A stretch of DNA of 64,000 nucleotides. Source: Octopus sinensis. Its lineage: Eukaryota. Where the stretch lies: positions 84,258,001 to 84,322,000 of the forward strand of contig NC_043000.1 in assembly GCF_006345805.1 (NCBI RefSeq). The letters are read 5' to 3'. The notes under the pieces are model-generated. The model made no database searches. It was not told the DNA's origin and was given only the letters and a program-made list of their open reading frames with translations. The position numbers and the translations under genes are program-made. This document shows, piece after piece, positions 25,321 to 40,350 of this stretch (within the stretch, counting starts at the first letter, position 1; every line of letters starts with the position of its first letter).

Positions 25321-25645
25321 ACACACATACATACATACTTACCTACATACATAATTACATTCATTCATTCATACATATATACATACCTTGATAGAGGATA
25401 CGTACTAACGAGCCGAAAGCAAAGTATGGCTGAGTTTGGGCTCTTGAGTAGGGAGCTCATCTTTTTTCAAGCACTACATATGATCACGATATGTGGTGCA
25501 ATAAAAATCTGCAAGGTCTTAAGATTTATAGCATGAAGATGAAGAAAACAAGTAGCTTATCTTCACAATCCACGTGGCCAGTCAAAATGATCTGTAAATG
25601 AAAAATAGAAAAAAAACATACATTAATTTCTACATGTAATGAAAC

Positions 25646-25803
25646 AAGAGTGGCTGTGTGGTAAGTAGATTACTTACCATCCACATGGTCCAGGGTTCAG
25701 CCCCACTACGTGGCACCTTGGGCAAGTGTCTTCTACTATAGCCTCGGGCCGACCAAAGCCTTGTGAGTGGATTTGGTAGACGGAAACTGAAAGAAGCCGT
25801 CGT
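25646..25803 (+). mobile_element. SINE family A 5' half, well preserved, followed by (TA)n
   Basis: gtggctgtgtggtaag...gggttcagccccactacgtggcaccttgggcaagtgtcttctactatagcctcgggccgaccaaagcc. Confidence 0.85.
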
Positions 25804-25812
25804 ATGTATATA

Positions 25813-25865
<53 letters not shown>

Positions 25866-26804
25866 ACAATTTAATAAATAAAACATATGCATGCATACAT
25901 ACATATACGTACATACCTATATCTATATGAATATATACATGCATATATGGGTACAGGACACCACAAAAAAAAACGTAGAACACAACGAGAAACGAAAGCA
26001 TAAAAACTAAACAAGGAAAGACTTTTTAACAACGAAAAAACAGAGTACAAGACATACAACACAAGAAACATTCCCCTTCTTCAGCTGCCCCTGTTTCGAC
26101 TCAATGCATGTTTCGAAGGTAAATTGCAGAACACGACTACGTTGAAACAACCCTTCCCGCAAAGCGAATTAAATTAATTTTTTTTGCGGAGGGGCAAAAA
26201 AGTGACAAGAACAGGACAGTAAAAGCAATACAAATAAAGAAAAAAAGTACAAATAAAGATAAAAACAGTAAAAGACAGGACAAAGAGAAACCAACAATAA
26301 GGGCTTTTTTAAGCCTAGACAGTGGAAAAATTCATTTGAACGCATTCTGAAGAACGGCTTACGAGGACAGGAGAAGCCGTTGTTGACTTGTTGAAGGCAC
26401 TAGTCAGAAACAAAGTTAGTAGCCCTCTGGTCAGCGACGAGAGGGAGGTGGAGGAGTGAGAGAGAGAGGGAACGGTGAACGGGAGAGGAGAAGAAACCAG
26501 AAAGGATGAAAAATAAGAGAAGGAGAGAGACAGGTAGAGAGGAAGACAGACAGCCAGGGAGGAAAGGTCAAGTAAAGAGTTACGAGTGCGCGTCATAATT
26601 ATTGAAATAAAACTTACTTGGAAGAAGACGCGGGGCGTTCAATCATATCTGCAAATTGTTGAAGTGCAATATGGAAGGGATACAACAGCTGGTGAAATGA
26701 CGGAGCACACTCAGGTATACATACACTAAACACACACACACACACATACACACGTACACACATAGATACACACTCATACTTAACGACATAGCAATGATGC
26801 GTCT

Positions 26805-27090
26805 ATGTAGGCGCATCATTACTATGTGGTTAAGAAGTTTATTGCTAAATAACTAAGAAGTTCCCAGCAACTGCGCGGCACCGCGAGCATTTATGCGTGC
26901 ATCTTTGTGTTTGTATTTCTTTCTCACCACTTGACAACCCGTACTGGTTTGTTTATGTCCCTGTAACTTAGCGGTCCATAAGAAACATGTAACGGGCTTA
27001 AAATAAGTGCTAATGCCGATTTGCTCGACTAATCCCTTCTTTGCTGTATTCCAGCATGGCCGCAGTCCAATGATTGAAGTAAGTAAATTA
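26805..27090 (+). mobile_element. Diverged, internally deleted SINE family A
   Basis: Head tatgtggttaagaagttt; 3' half accacttgacaacc...gtaacttagcgg...ccagcatggccgcagtcc. Confidence 0.65.
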
Positions 27091-29925
27091 GTAAAAGCGT
27101 AATATGTAAAGATGTGCGTGTGCGTACAATCATTTATACACACACACATATATATATATAACCATATACACACATATGTACACACACATATATACATGTT
27201 TATCTCTCTCTCACTCTCTACCTATCTATCTATCTATCTATCTATTTATCTTTCAATTTATCTTTCTATAAAATTATACTTCTGTATTTTAAACTATCCA
27301 TGAACGCAGAATAAATTAAATAGAAGCTATGTTTACGGCGAAAAGAAATACACAACATATAGATAATCTGGTTTCGTTTTTGTGCGCCTGTTTCTCTGTC
27401 TTCCTTTTTTGTCTGTCTTTATATCTTTCACTTTCGTCAGTCTGTATACTTGTCATTCTCCTACCTTTTCAGACATATTTTCTGATTTTTAAAAAAAGTT
27501 ATCCTTTTTATATTTTCCCTCCTCCCATTTCATAATCAATTATTGTCACTTAAGCGAAAATAAATCCATTTAAATCTCACCCCTCATTAAAAGAATATAT
27601 TCTTGTAAATTGAAACAACACGTTTGGATATTTCCATGAGAGATTCTTTTTAGCAATTTAACCTTTAAGCAATGGCAATGAATGCCTACATTTTGAATTC
27701 CTACATTTTGGAGCATTGTGTTTCTGATTTTGAATAATTTTTCCAATATTCCTATATTAAGATACTTTCTGTTGATTAAAACTCCTTCTTCACCACTAGA
27801 CAGTTCTAAACTTCTGAATCAATACACAAATTATAACTATCTGTTTCACACCCACTTCAATCAATCGTCCACTTAAACATCCAGACTTCGTCGCAATAAT
27901 GAATTGTTTCATAAACAGTATTGTATAAGTAACAGCCAATTTCATTGATGCCAGTATATTTACTGATCGTTTAAGATCAGTAAGTGTAGAAAGGTGTAAA
28001 AGGACCCCAGTGATATTTCAATTGGAAAACCTGCTATTTTGTAATCCCATACTGTATTGTTGCACATAAAATCTTGCTGCCTTAGGTCCCGACAACTTCC
28101 ACACATTCAAAGAAATAGTTTTTTTTATACCCGCTTAAACAGCTAATATTATGATTTCATTGAATCCCAATGCAAAGAAAATAATTTTGACACCACGTAA
28201 CTCAACTCAGAACCTACATGTGAAATGATATAATTAAGCTTGATGGAAATCGAATTATTGATTTGAGAAATACTGTTATTCTATGTCGCCCATAACATTG
28301 AGAAAATTTCTCAAAGTTCTTTTTTTACATCGGCACCAGTCTTCAAAATAAATACCAAGGTGAGATTTAGAGGCCATTGTCAGTAGTATTAATGGCAAAA
28401 ATGAAATAATATGCTACAACTAAGAAGTAAAACCAAGTTGTTGGGTCATTTTACTAGATCGAACAGTTTTCTGCCGAAACCAACAACATTACATTCTCTA
28501 ACGATCTTTCGGTCGTGAAGCTATGACGACGTCATCAAGGGAAATGATACATCTTGTTCAGCGAATAGAAATTCAAGATGCTACTGTTACTGATCATTTA
28601 TATTTTGCCTCACTCACCTCATATATATTTGAAATAACATTTTGTCAATAATTTGATGAGTCATAGAGTTGTCTGAATTGCAATGACGCATATTTTCATT
28701 TTGTGGAATAATGAACACTTTTTGAAGTAATATGTAACCAGTTGATGAATGCGTGACAAGTCATAGGTACAATGTCTGAGACCATCAAAGTGAGTTTCAT
28801 TATTTGTCCTAATAGATCATTGCCGATTGTGAAATTACAATAAGAAAACTTTCAAATGTTTCTGTCACTGAAGTAAATCAATGAAAATAATGTGTTTAAT
28901 TTTCAGTTAATCATTTCAGCCAATGAGGAATCGATGCTAAGTAGTGGTAATAAATTCCAGTAGAGCTACAGTTGAATTCGTGAAGTATATTCAATCGTGA
29001 AATGAATTCAAACGGGAAATGCCATCAATTCAAATGGTATGCTAAATAATTGTTAACTCTTGTCAATGATGTACAAGAATGCCAAACAACGCATTCACAC
29101 ATGCCTTACATTAACCTAGAAAGGAATAAGAGAGTAGGGAGAATAGAGAGTGAAAAGAAGCTAGGGAGGAGGCTTGTAAATCACTGTTATTCCACTCTCA
29201 TACATATACAGACAACCAAGATGCTAATCTTTTACCTTTTATACTTTTGCTCGCATAGGGAGAGAAGAGAGCAGGAAGCACATTACAAAACAATAATAAG
29301 AATACAAAGGAAACAGTTTTAAGGATTAGGAAGTATCCGTATCAAATGCAGAATCACATTCAAATGTCAGTGACAACAACTCAACATAGAATGCAATATA
29401 CAGTTAGTGGTGTGTATCGTATCGTAAAATAAAACATTTCGGCTGTGGTACAGAGTCATAATGCACTCGGTCTGATGTTGTCATCAAGTGATGCACAACT
29501 CCCGAAAGGACTGCCATTCATACAGTTAAGCCAAAACAATATAAGTTTTAGATTTTTTTCAAAGGTTTGTTGTATTACAATTTGCACCGGCCGGCAGTTG
29601 AAGGGTGGATAGCTAACAACTTGGAAGGTGGTGTGAGTGAGGGAGTGTGCGTGTGAGAGCATGTGTGTATCTGTGTGTGCATGTCAGAGCATGTGCATAT
29701 ATGTCTGTGTGTGCGTGTGAGAGCATGTGTATGTGTGTCTGTATGTGCTCGTTTCGTTTGCGTCTGCATGTCAGTAGGAAGAACAGCTATTTACAAGAGC
29801 CCAACTAATTCTATCTTTTCTTTAATTCTTTATTTTTCTTTCTTTCTCTTTTTCTCCGCTCAAGTTCGACCTAAAGCGTGTGCATGTGTGAGTGTAAGTG
29901 TATCTATCTATCAATCTATCTATCA

Positions 29926-29956
<31 letters not shown>

Positions 29957-30126
29957 AGCTATTTAGAATTTCTCCCTTGTTTGAAATTACTGAGACTTTT
30001 CTTACGACTGATGTGCAACGGAATATTTCATTTTAATTTCTCTCTTCAGATTTTTTAGAAATAACATCTCTTTGTTTCCTTAGAGTGTAGACTGCATAAA
30101 TATGATGCAAATATTGTTTTCAAATT

Positions 30127-30298
30127 TTGGCACAAGGCCTAAAGGGATAAGATCATTATATCGACCCTACTCTCCCAACTGGTACTTATTTTATCAACGC
30201 CGAAAGGATGAAAAGTAAAGTCGACCTCGGCAGAATTTGAACTTAGAAACTAAAGACAGGCGAAACACCGCTAAGCATTCTACCAGCTCACCACCTTA
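30127..30298 (-). mobile_element. SINE family C, diverged
   Basis: aactggtacttattttatcaacgccgaaaggatgaaaagtaaagtcgacctcggcagaatttgaact matches the 58189 copy. Confidence 0.8.
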
Positions 30299-31195
30299 TA
30301 TCATGACAATATTGCAACTGAGAGGTACTTGTCTTCCCAATCAACAACAACTCTTAAAGTGGTTCAATTTATTTGACGCTATTTTCACTTAATCATCAAT
30401 CGATGATTTACAAAAATCTTTACTCGTAGTAAAAATCAATATGAAAACTGATTAAATATATTTAAATACTGTCTCCTCGGTTTTGTTTCTTTGTTTGGTT
30501 GCTATGAAATATATTGAACAATAGCAATAATCTAATAAATATTTAAATATCTTTTGTCTTTATTTGAATGTTTGTAACATTCGGAAAAAAGAAAACATAA
30601 ATTGTATAGTATCGAAAACATTTCCATTGTTTCAAAAATGTTTATCGAATTTTCGCTTTTAATTTCCGACTGAAGCCAATTAGCTTCTTATAAGCAACTA
30701 ATTCTGAGAGAAAAGTTTGCGCGTCACAACATACGTTTCGTTCGTCTGCCAATGTAAGGAGTCATTTTCGCGGATAGTCCCAGTTACTACTTTAGTTATT
30801 TACTTTTACTTAAGCATCGTTAAGATCAACATCACAACAGTTCGTCTCCTGCCCCCAAAATAGGATTTAGATGTTGTTTACGAGACAAAAATTTAACCCG
30901 ATATTCTACTAGCTATTTTTTATATTTCTATCAACTTCGAGTTCTACAGTTAAAAACAATTTATTTAATAACTCTCAAAGTTTCTAAATTTTTGTGGTGT
31001 AAACAATATAGAATTCACACTGGAAAGAACAAAGCTTCTAAAACGAATGGTGAAAATTTGATGGGTTACTCTGGCTTAAAGGTAGAACGACTGTCAAGTT
31101 TGCAGAATATATGTTTGAGTCACACGGGCAGCTCCGAAATTCTTTGCATTCAAGGTTTTTAAAACAAATATTGTATACGCTATTATTTATAGCCT

Positions 31196-31415
31196 TAAGG
31201 CGATGAGGTGGCTGAATTGTTAGCATGGCGGGCGAAATGCATAGCAGCATTTTGTTTGTCTTCACATTCTGAGTTCAAATTCCACCGAGGTTGACTTTGC
31301 CTTTTATCCTTTCGAGATCGATAAATTAAGTACCAGTGAAACACTGGGGTCGATGTAATTGACTAGTCCCTTCTCTCAAAATTTCAGACGTTGCGCTTTT
31401 AGTAGAAGGGATTAT
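31196..31415 (+). mobile_element. SINE family C
   Basis: ggtggctgaattgttagc...ttctgagttcaaattccaccgaggttgactttgcc...ataaattaagtaccag. Confidence 0.85.
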
Positions 31416-33394
31416 TTATAGCTTTATCCACTTCGAGTTCCACGATTTAAAAAGCTTTACAACTATCTGAGAAGCTGTATTTAGTGAGCACAACACATAA
31501 AATGTAGTCTGTTATCTCCTCTTGTAGCAATTTCGTATTAGCTTTGTCATTTGTTACACTTAAAGATCTCAATGTTCCACTCGCCTTCAGTATCAATCTG
31601 AAACCTGGTGCCTCTGTTTGAATTAATTTGTAGGTGATATAAGGTAACAGTCAACTCAAAGCAATCAAACTATTTTATCTGGTTTCCCTCCGCTAGGTTT
31701 CCTTGGGTTAAAACAATTCTTGTTTTTCTGAATTGGAATATAATGGCGTCATAAGTGATAAATGTATGCGTTTCTACTAATAACGATACATAGGTAAACT
31801 ATTTATTTCCTTGAAAAAGTGTAACTGGCTGAGATAGAGGGGAAAAAGTTTGACGTGTTATAGTATAAGAATATTAATTTTCAGTTAAAATATCACCATG
31901 ACCGCTTTTGTCTTTCTATGTACGATTAAATGCACACCAGCTATAATATACTGGGATCAGTGAAATCCACAATAATCTCTGCAATACACTAACCTTGTGT
32001 CTCAACAACAAAGGATTATAACAATAAGGTTCCAACATTGCATTAGGGCACTTAATTTTTCGGTAAAACAAACATGTTCTAGTTTCAATTCCCCACATCA
32101 TTTACTTTCTCCGTTAATGCTCTTAGAAAGGACATTTAATGGAACAGTAACTCAAATCACCGATGCATTATTACTTGTTTTTTTAATGGCATCACATCAT
32201 TATAAAATAGTTCAATAAAACATGGGGAAATATTTTTATTTTAGTAGTTTCTTATTTTCTATTATAATGGTGGCTTTATGTTTGCCACTCATGAAGGTAT
32301 CCATAAACTCCACCTTTTGTCATATCTCTTTGTATGAGCTGATGTAATAATTTAAGCATTATTAATGTAAAAATTGACTGACACTAATTGTATCGACCAT
32401 AGTAAGATTAAAGACAAGTCGAATCCCCGTGTGGAGAATAATGGGGCGTAACTAAATCCATCATCACTTTACCGTCGCCACCCCAGCCATTCTTTAGTAA
32501 ACCATTTAGTAGCTGACATGCCTCAATTTTTAGATAATTTATTTATTATTATTAGTATTAATGAAAATAGTTTCCTAATAGTTAGCCTTGTTTCCGGTCA
32601 TTTTACATGGTAAAGACGAGGTAAACAGGAGAAAATATGTTTTTATGTACATAAGATACTTTGTTTATTTACAAATAGAATATAGATTTTTATCTCTAAC
32701 ATAATTTGTAAGAGTTATAATCGATTGAACTAAAAGTATGGAACTGCTGGAAACTATATACATAAAACGTAAAGCTGGCTCCGGTAACCTTACGTCTATA
32801 GTTACGACCAGTTCCATACTTTTGATTTAGTTTTAATTCTGATCAAAGAAATTGATCTAACATTCTACAGGGTCTCTTATGTTGCCAACAAAATATTAAA
32901 CAAATCTATTAAAAGAATATAAAGAAGCAGAAAAATAGACTTCCGGTGATGTCTGAAGAACATCTGAAGATTTTAACGATTCTCCGATAACATTTGTTTA
33001 ATCCTATAATATTCTTCTTTCACAGATGAAAGAATTTCTGTCCTGAAAGAAATCAAATCGATCCCAAATCCCTATTTCAGATTGTTTATTTAGTTTTAAA
33101 GTGGCGTGAGAAGAAAGAGGTTGTAACAATTCATTTCAGGAGCCTGTAGCATGACGCTTGAATGTCTCAAAATCGATTCGCATTCCGTACTAAATAAAAA
33201 TTTTTCATCACCGAAAATTATAAATAACAAAATAAACTTTTTTAAAAATTCATTTTAAAGGAATAAATCAGAATTAGAACACAAAATTATTTAACGTATA
33301 TGTATTTCATAATTAACTTAATCAAGTTACGATCTTAACATGTGTGTGTGAGAGAGAAACAGAGAGAGAAAGAAAGCGATTAATAGCTATACAT

Positions 33395-33407
33395 ATACCT
33401 ATGTATG

Positions 33408-33441
<34 letters not shown>

Positions 33442-33695
33442 TGTATGTATGTATGTATGTATGTATGTATGCATGTATGTATGTATGTATGTATTTATGT
33501 ATGTATGTATGTATGTATGTATGTATGCATGTATGTACAGCATGCAGACAAGAGATGCGTATATGCTTAAAACAGGTATCGTTTTTACTCTTATTTCTTA
33601 TTTCTTTCTTACTCTATTTTCATAAAGGGTTCGCTCGAAACGTCTCTGCTGCTTTACCTTTTCCTACATCTATCTATCTGTCTATCTATCTATCC

Positions 33696-33785
<90 letters not shown>
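33395..33785. repeat. (TATG)n and (TATC)n/(TA)n microsatellites
   Basis: Read directly. Confidence 0.9.
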
Positions 33786-33786
<1 letters not shown>

Positions 33787-34789
33787 TTATAACTAAAATA
33801 TCAATTTTAATCATACACACACGTGTGTATATATATTTGTATGTATGTATGTGTGTATGTATGTGTATATATTTTTTTTACTTTATATCAATTTAATTAA
33901 AATATCACAACTGTAGAGTTATGCGAGCCCGTAAAATACCCAACAAAATCTATTATAGTATTTAATTTTAAACTGGATTCAAACCGCACCCATGTCAACT
34001 TTGCCTTCCTCTCTCCGAGGTGAATAATTTATTTATTTATTTTTTTACAAAATGAATCATTCTGCGGTACCCATCCAGGCCCTTGAAAATATAATTTACT
34101 TTCTGCTTTAGAAAGGAAAATCAATATTGTATGAGCCAGCATGAGTTAAAAGAAAATCATCGCAACAACAAAGAAGTTGTAAAGATATTTTGTTTTTGAT
34201 TTATATTTTCGACTGATTTCGTTTCATCATAAATACCACCAACATAAAACAACCACTCTATTAGAAAGAAAGATGTAATAATTTCTCTGTTCCAGACTAA
34301 TTAAACTTTTCTTACAAGAAGTAAAGAGTATCATTCAATGTGATATTTCTTTGAAAGTTGTAGTCTGCATTCTTTATTCGTTTTTATATTGTGGAACTAT
34401 ATTGGTATTTCAAATGTATGCCAATTACGAAATATAGTCCTGTTTATACAAATAGAAAGATAGTTAAGTGGAAGATACAGTAAAGCACCTAAATATCAAG
34501 AAGCATGCAGTTTCCTCTCTCTATGTTCAAAATCCTGCAGGGACAAACTCTGCTTTTTATTTTTAAGGTTAAAATATAGTCAGTAAATGTTATGTACCCA
34601 GGTTGTTGCAAGCGACTGTTCACCGCTTCGGTAAAGTTTGAAATTGTGCCAACGTAAGTAATTAGGAAACTGTGCCTCAAAGACTTGTTAAGTGAGAAAC
34701 TTTGGCTCCCCTGGACATGCAATAAATGGTACAATTCCAAAAAACGCGATTTTTCAGCTCACAAACATCTCTCTTGTTATTGCTCGACA

Positions 34790-36335
34790 GAAAGTTAGTT
34801 AGTTAGTTAATTTTTTGGCTCAAAAAGCAAAAAGCAAGGCCATGTAGGGGACATGGAGTTATGTACAGGGTGGTGTTCATGTAAAGAGTTCAGGCCACTT
34901 GTGGTCAAGGGAGACTTTGAACCGAGCGGTCGTCGGCATCTTCACTATCTCGTCCGGCAGCTTATTCCACGGATCCGCAACTCGGACGGAGAAAGCCCCT
35001 TTCCTTCGCTTGATGTGAAATCGTCGCAGATAGAGCTTTTCGGAGTAACCCCACAGCCGACGCTCTGGAGCAGGAGTGAAGAACAGCTCTTTCGAGAGGT
35101 TGCACTTTCCGCTTATGATGTTGTGAGCAAGAATGAGATCACCACGGTGTCGTCGTTTTTCTAGAGAATAAAGGTCGAGCGTCTTCAGCCTTTCTTCATA
35201 AGACAACTTCTTGAGACCACGTACCATGCGGTAGCCAGCTTCTGGACTCTTTCGAGATGCTGTATGTCTTTGAGGAGATAAGGAGAAGAGGCTTGAATCC
35301 CGTACTCCAATATGGGTCTTACCAGCGTGCTTTGTTGGCAGCATGGACGCACTGGGCCGAAGGTGAAAAGGAGGAATCCACCAAGATACCCAGGTCCTTT
35401 ACCTGGTCGGTCCTCTCCAGCAGCAGAAATCAAGTTGAGTTGCAGGAGAGCCAACAGGCAGATGACAGCACTTTGACACTTTCAGACACAGGTCCCATTC
35501 GTTAGACCATCTCCAAATTTGGTGGAGGCATCGACGAAGATCCTCTATATCACCGCGAGGAGCGACCAGTTTGACATCTTCGGCAAATAGAAGGGTGTAT
35601 TGCGTGAGGTCGTCGGGCAAGTCATTTATGAAGACTAAGAACAATAAGGGCCCAAGCACTGAACCTTGAGGCACGCCATTGCTCGCACTGGGGGCGTCGG
35701 ACAGTGAACCATTAACTTGGGATTGGAAGAAGCGATCTGAGAGGAAGGCTCCAACCCATCGTACTATATCCGGATGGAAACTATATGCTTGAAGCTTGAC
35801 AAGTAATAGGCGGTGGTTTACCGAGTCAAAAGTCCAATAAAACGATGTCAACAGCATCACCATCATCAAGGATGCGCGTCACCAATTCTTCCATTACCAG
35901 TAAGTTGGTCAAACATGATCTCTTCGGCACGAAGCCGTGTTGGGAATCAGAGATAGAGGCTGTGTTTTGGAGGTGGAGCATCATACTTTTCTTAAGGATG
36001 GTTTCGAACATCTTGCTGATTATTGAAGTAAGGGAAACCGGTCGGTAGTTAAGCGGGTCTTCGCGGCTCCCTTTCTTGAAAATTGGGCAGATTATCGCTG
36101 TTCTCCAGTCCGCAGGTATAACACCCGTCGCCAATGACATATTGAATAGACGTGTTAAAAGCTCGCAGATGACCGGAGCCAACGCTTTGATAACCCGTGG
36201 GTGTATGCCGTCAGGGCCGTGACCCTTGTTGATAGCGAAGCCGTGAATAACGCGTTCGACTTCGTCCCGCGTGATGACCAATCGAAGCATTGGAGGTACC
36301 GATCTATCAAATGGAGGGGGTTCACGACCATCAAG
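34790..36335 (-). mobile_element. 5'-truncated CR1-clade LINE: reverse transcriptase and C-terminus, (TAAC)n tail
   Basis: GPDGIHPRVIK...PIFKKGSREDPLNYRPVSLTS...QHGFVPKRSCLTNLL...VPQGSVLGPLLFLVFIND...LFAEDVKL...LVRPILEYG...LERVQKLAT...SYEERLKTLDLYSLEKRR; few frameshifts; clearly GC-richer than flanks. Confidence 0.95.
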
Positions 36336-36659
36336 TATAAACATATTTTCGTCAATGTAATATTTGTTTTACGATAACTTTAGATTGTTCTGCTACAACA
36401 TCGAGATTATGTTATAGAGCTGTCACTAATTATTATAACTATTTTAATACACCCATTTCAATTTTGCGGAAAAAACCCCCATATGAATGAATATGAAGTA
36501 AAACTAATCACTTATTCTCAGGTAATTAGATAAATTCCATTTTTATATTTGTTTTAACGAAATATAATTTATAATTTTAAGGAAAAGAAAATGAAAATGT
36601 GCAACATTCAAATTATTGATACCAATGAAATTGTTTCAAATGAGACAGACAGTGCACTA

Positions 36660-36830
36660 GTAAAGGCGTTCGTCAGATTGTTGGATAAAAATGCCTTTCG
36701 TTATTTGCTCCGGTATTCTGCTCTCTAAGTTTGAACCCTACTGAGGCCAAATTTGCTTGTCATTCACTTTACGATCTATAAATAAAGTACCATGAAGTAC
36801 TGGTTCGATTTCACTCCTCTCTTTCCCACT
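36660..36830 (+). mobile_element. Decayed SINE family C
   Basis: ggataaaaatgc...aagtttgaaccctactgaggccaaatttgc...aaaataaagtacc. Confidence 0.5.
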
Positions 36831-37324
36831 CGCGAAAAGGTTACGTGAAGGGGTCACAAAGGAACGTTCACATTGTGATTCCAACTATCATTGTATCACA
36901 GCATTATGAACACGACAGAAATAAGGAAAGACTCGAGATTGTAAACCTGGCTTCAGGCTACATAACCAGGATCAGGCGCTTGCTTTACTCCTTTCTAAAT
37001 AAGGCTCACGGATTTTCATTTATATAATATTGGTTTCTGGGCTCACTATTTTTTTTTAATGAGAGATGGGTATTGTACGTTAAGTTTTTGTTATTTTAAT
37101 CATCGAGGGTTTAGGGCAGAAGATAGGGAAGGACATATAGGATGGAAAAACATGGTGAAAGAAGAGGAAAAGGTGCATAGAGTGAGTAATTAGACCTGTA
37201 CGTAATAAGGATAATAGCAAAAATAGTTAAAGAAAGAATGGTGGATGGAAAATGCATACAAAGCTACTCCTACTATTTACTACAATGTGAGAGCACGGAC
37301 TAATTTCACAAACATTCCAAAATA

Positions 37325-38600
37325 TCTGCATTTCTTTATAAGAGAAAAGAAAACACCCAACAGTTTGACAAACATACGAATACGTCACTCGTGCTGATTG
37401 CAGGAAAAATCCTAGCACGGATCATACTCAATAAGGCTTATGATCTTGTGTCTGAGCTACTTCCCAAGAATCAGTATGGTTTCCGGAAAGTTTGCAGAAC
37501 CATGGATATGATCTTTGCTGCAAGAGCACTTCAAGAGAAGTATAAGGAACAAAATCACGTCCTCGACACTGTATTCATCGACCTGACCAAGGCCTTTGAT
37601 ATCGTAAGCAGGTATTACCTCTGGAAAATAATGAAGAAATTTGGGTGTCCAGACAAGTTCATTAGCATGATACATTAATTTCGAAATGCCATGCAAGCTC
37701 GTGTCTTGAATGATGGAGAATTTTCGGCAACCTTCTCTGTAACAGTGGTGTAAATCAGGGTTGTGTTCTAGCTCCCACGATGCATTCTCCCTTGTAACCC
37801 CTGGCATCCAGGAAAGATATAGATCTGATGGCGGTCTTTTTAACATCAGCCACTCAAAAGCAAAGACGAAAACCAGGATTCTTTTTGCAGGCATTTGTAC
37901 TCTAAATGTAAATTCTGAAGCAGAGCTTCAACCGAGCTTAGAGAGCTTTCTTCAGCTTGCGATAACTTCGGTCTTACAATCAGCATTAAAAAAAAAACTG
38001 AAAGAATACCTTACGTTGATCCACTATTCCTGACAGTCAATAGTCAACCTTTCCAAGCCGTAGAGACAATTCATCTACCTTGGAAATACATTGTCAAGGA
38101 GATTTTACATTCATGCTGAAGTGAATGCAAAGATAACAAAAACCAGCTCTGCCTTTGGGAATTGCAAATTTGGAAAAGACATGGTCTGACAGTAAAAACA
38201 AAACTTGAAATATATAAAGCCGTTGTCGCTATTACGCTAATTTGCGTTTGTGAAATGTGAGCAGTTTACCAAATGTATGCCAAAAAATTAATTACTTTCG
38301 TTTGACATGCTTACCAAAAATTCTTAACATCAGGTGGCATTATAAAATTCTCAGTAAAACTGTGCTCGAGAAAGCTACTGTGCTAAGCATGCATGCTTTC
38401 TTGAGCAAATTCCAGCTACGGTGGAGTAGACATATAGCACGCACCCCGACTCCACATTTCCCAAATAGATCTTTGGTGGACAAGCAGTTGGGTCTCGGTC
38501 ACGTGGTGGAGCAAAAAAGAGATACAAAACTTGCTTAAGACAACCTTGAAAAGGATATAGAGCAGTCTACTCGGAACATCTTGTACAGGATCGCTCATTG
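37325..38600 (+). mobile_element. RTE (BovB-like) LINE reverse transcriptase fragment, decayed and internally deleted
   Basis: IAGKILARIILN...QYGFRK...DMIFAARALQEK...FIDLTKAFD...KFGCPDKF...GVNQGCVLAP...KTKLEIYKAVV...ILNIRW...QLRWSRH. Confidence 0.9.
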
Positions 38601-39499
38601 TTGTTTACTGATACTATGTACTTGAAGGTTTACGGCTTTGAATCTGATATAACAGAGAAATTAAGAAGTTGTACGGAAAGCAAGAATGTCCCGGGTCCTG
38701 CTTTTACATAACCCCATTATACTCGCCGATTTTATGCCAAAATTGCCCCCAAAATGCACCTCAGAACCTCAGAACCCTGGAACCCACAAAATGTAAAGCT
38801 GATAACCTGGTCATCCTCAGAAACATAAAAGACGAACCTATTAATTGTTCTTAAGAAAATTAGAAACCTAAACAGGGATTGGTTCATAAAGAAATATCAC
38901 GGTTTATGTTGGAGAACATAGAATTAGAACAATTTCAAGACTGAAATAAACACATTTCACTAGTCAATGGCAAAACGTCATATGATGACAGAATAAAACA
39001 CAATGCAATCAGATTTCAGACTAAAAAGATGTTTATAATACTAAGTAATAAACAGGGTTTTGTGAAAGAAGTCCAACTCTAGAAATAATGGACAAGTTGT
39101 TTCTGAATGGATTGAATATAACATTAATTATTATTGAAAATACATTTACTTTTTCAGTTCAAATTTGTTAGTGAATATACATTTATTTTCTTAATTGCCA
39201 TTGAAAGTGCATAACGAAACATGAAAAAAAAAAAGAAAGAAAGAAAATAAAAACAGACTCAGAATAAAAGCAGAAGACTGTTATAATAACAATCGTTTCA
39301 ATGATGGCTGTAATGTTCATATTTGAGTTATATTTGAAAGTATAATTTCTAGCAAATAAAATTGTATGCAGTTTCCAAAATATAAAAATAATTTCTACTT
39401 TTAAATATCATCATGAGAAATTGTTTTACAGTTATTAAATAATTAAGCCATGATACTGTACGCGAAATATTTACATACATACAGAAGCACAAAGCACCT

Positions 39500-40350
<851 letters not shown>

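Noticed and set aside
26060-26135. GAAAC...GTC...CTGAAGA on the minus strand, hammerhead-like
   Set aside because: Motif order and pairing do not fit type I, II or III topology.
26626-26645. acgcggggcgttcaat, similar to the mariner TIR at 23890
   Set aside because: A single short match with no partner TIR or transposase; at most a remnant.
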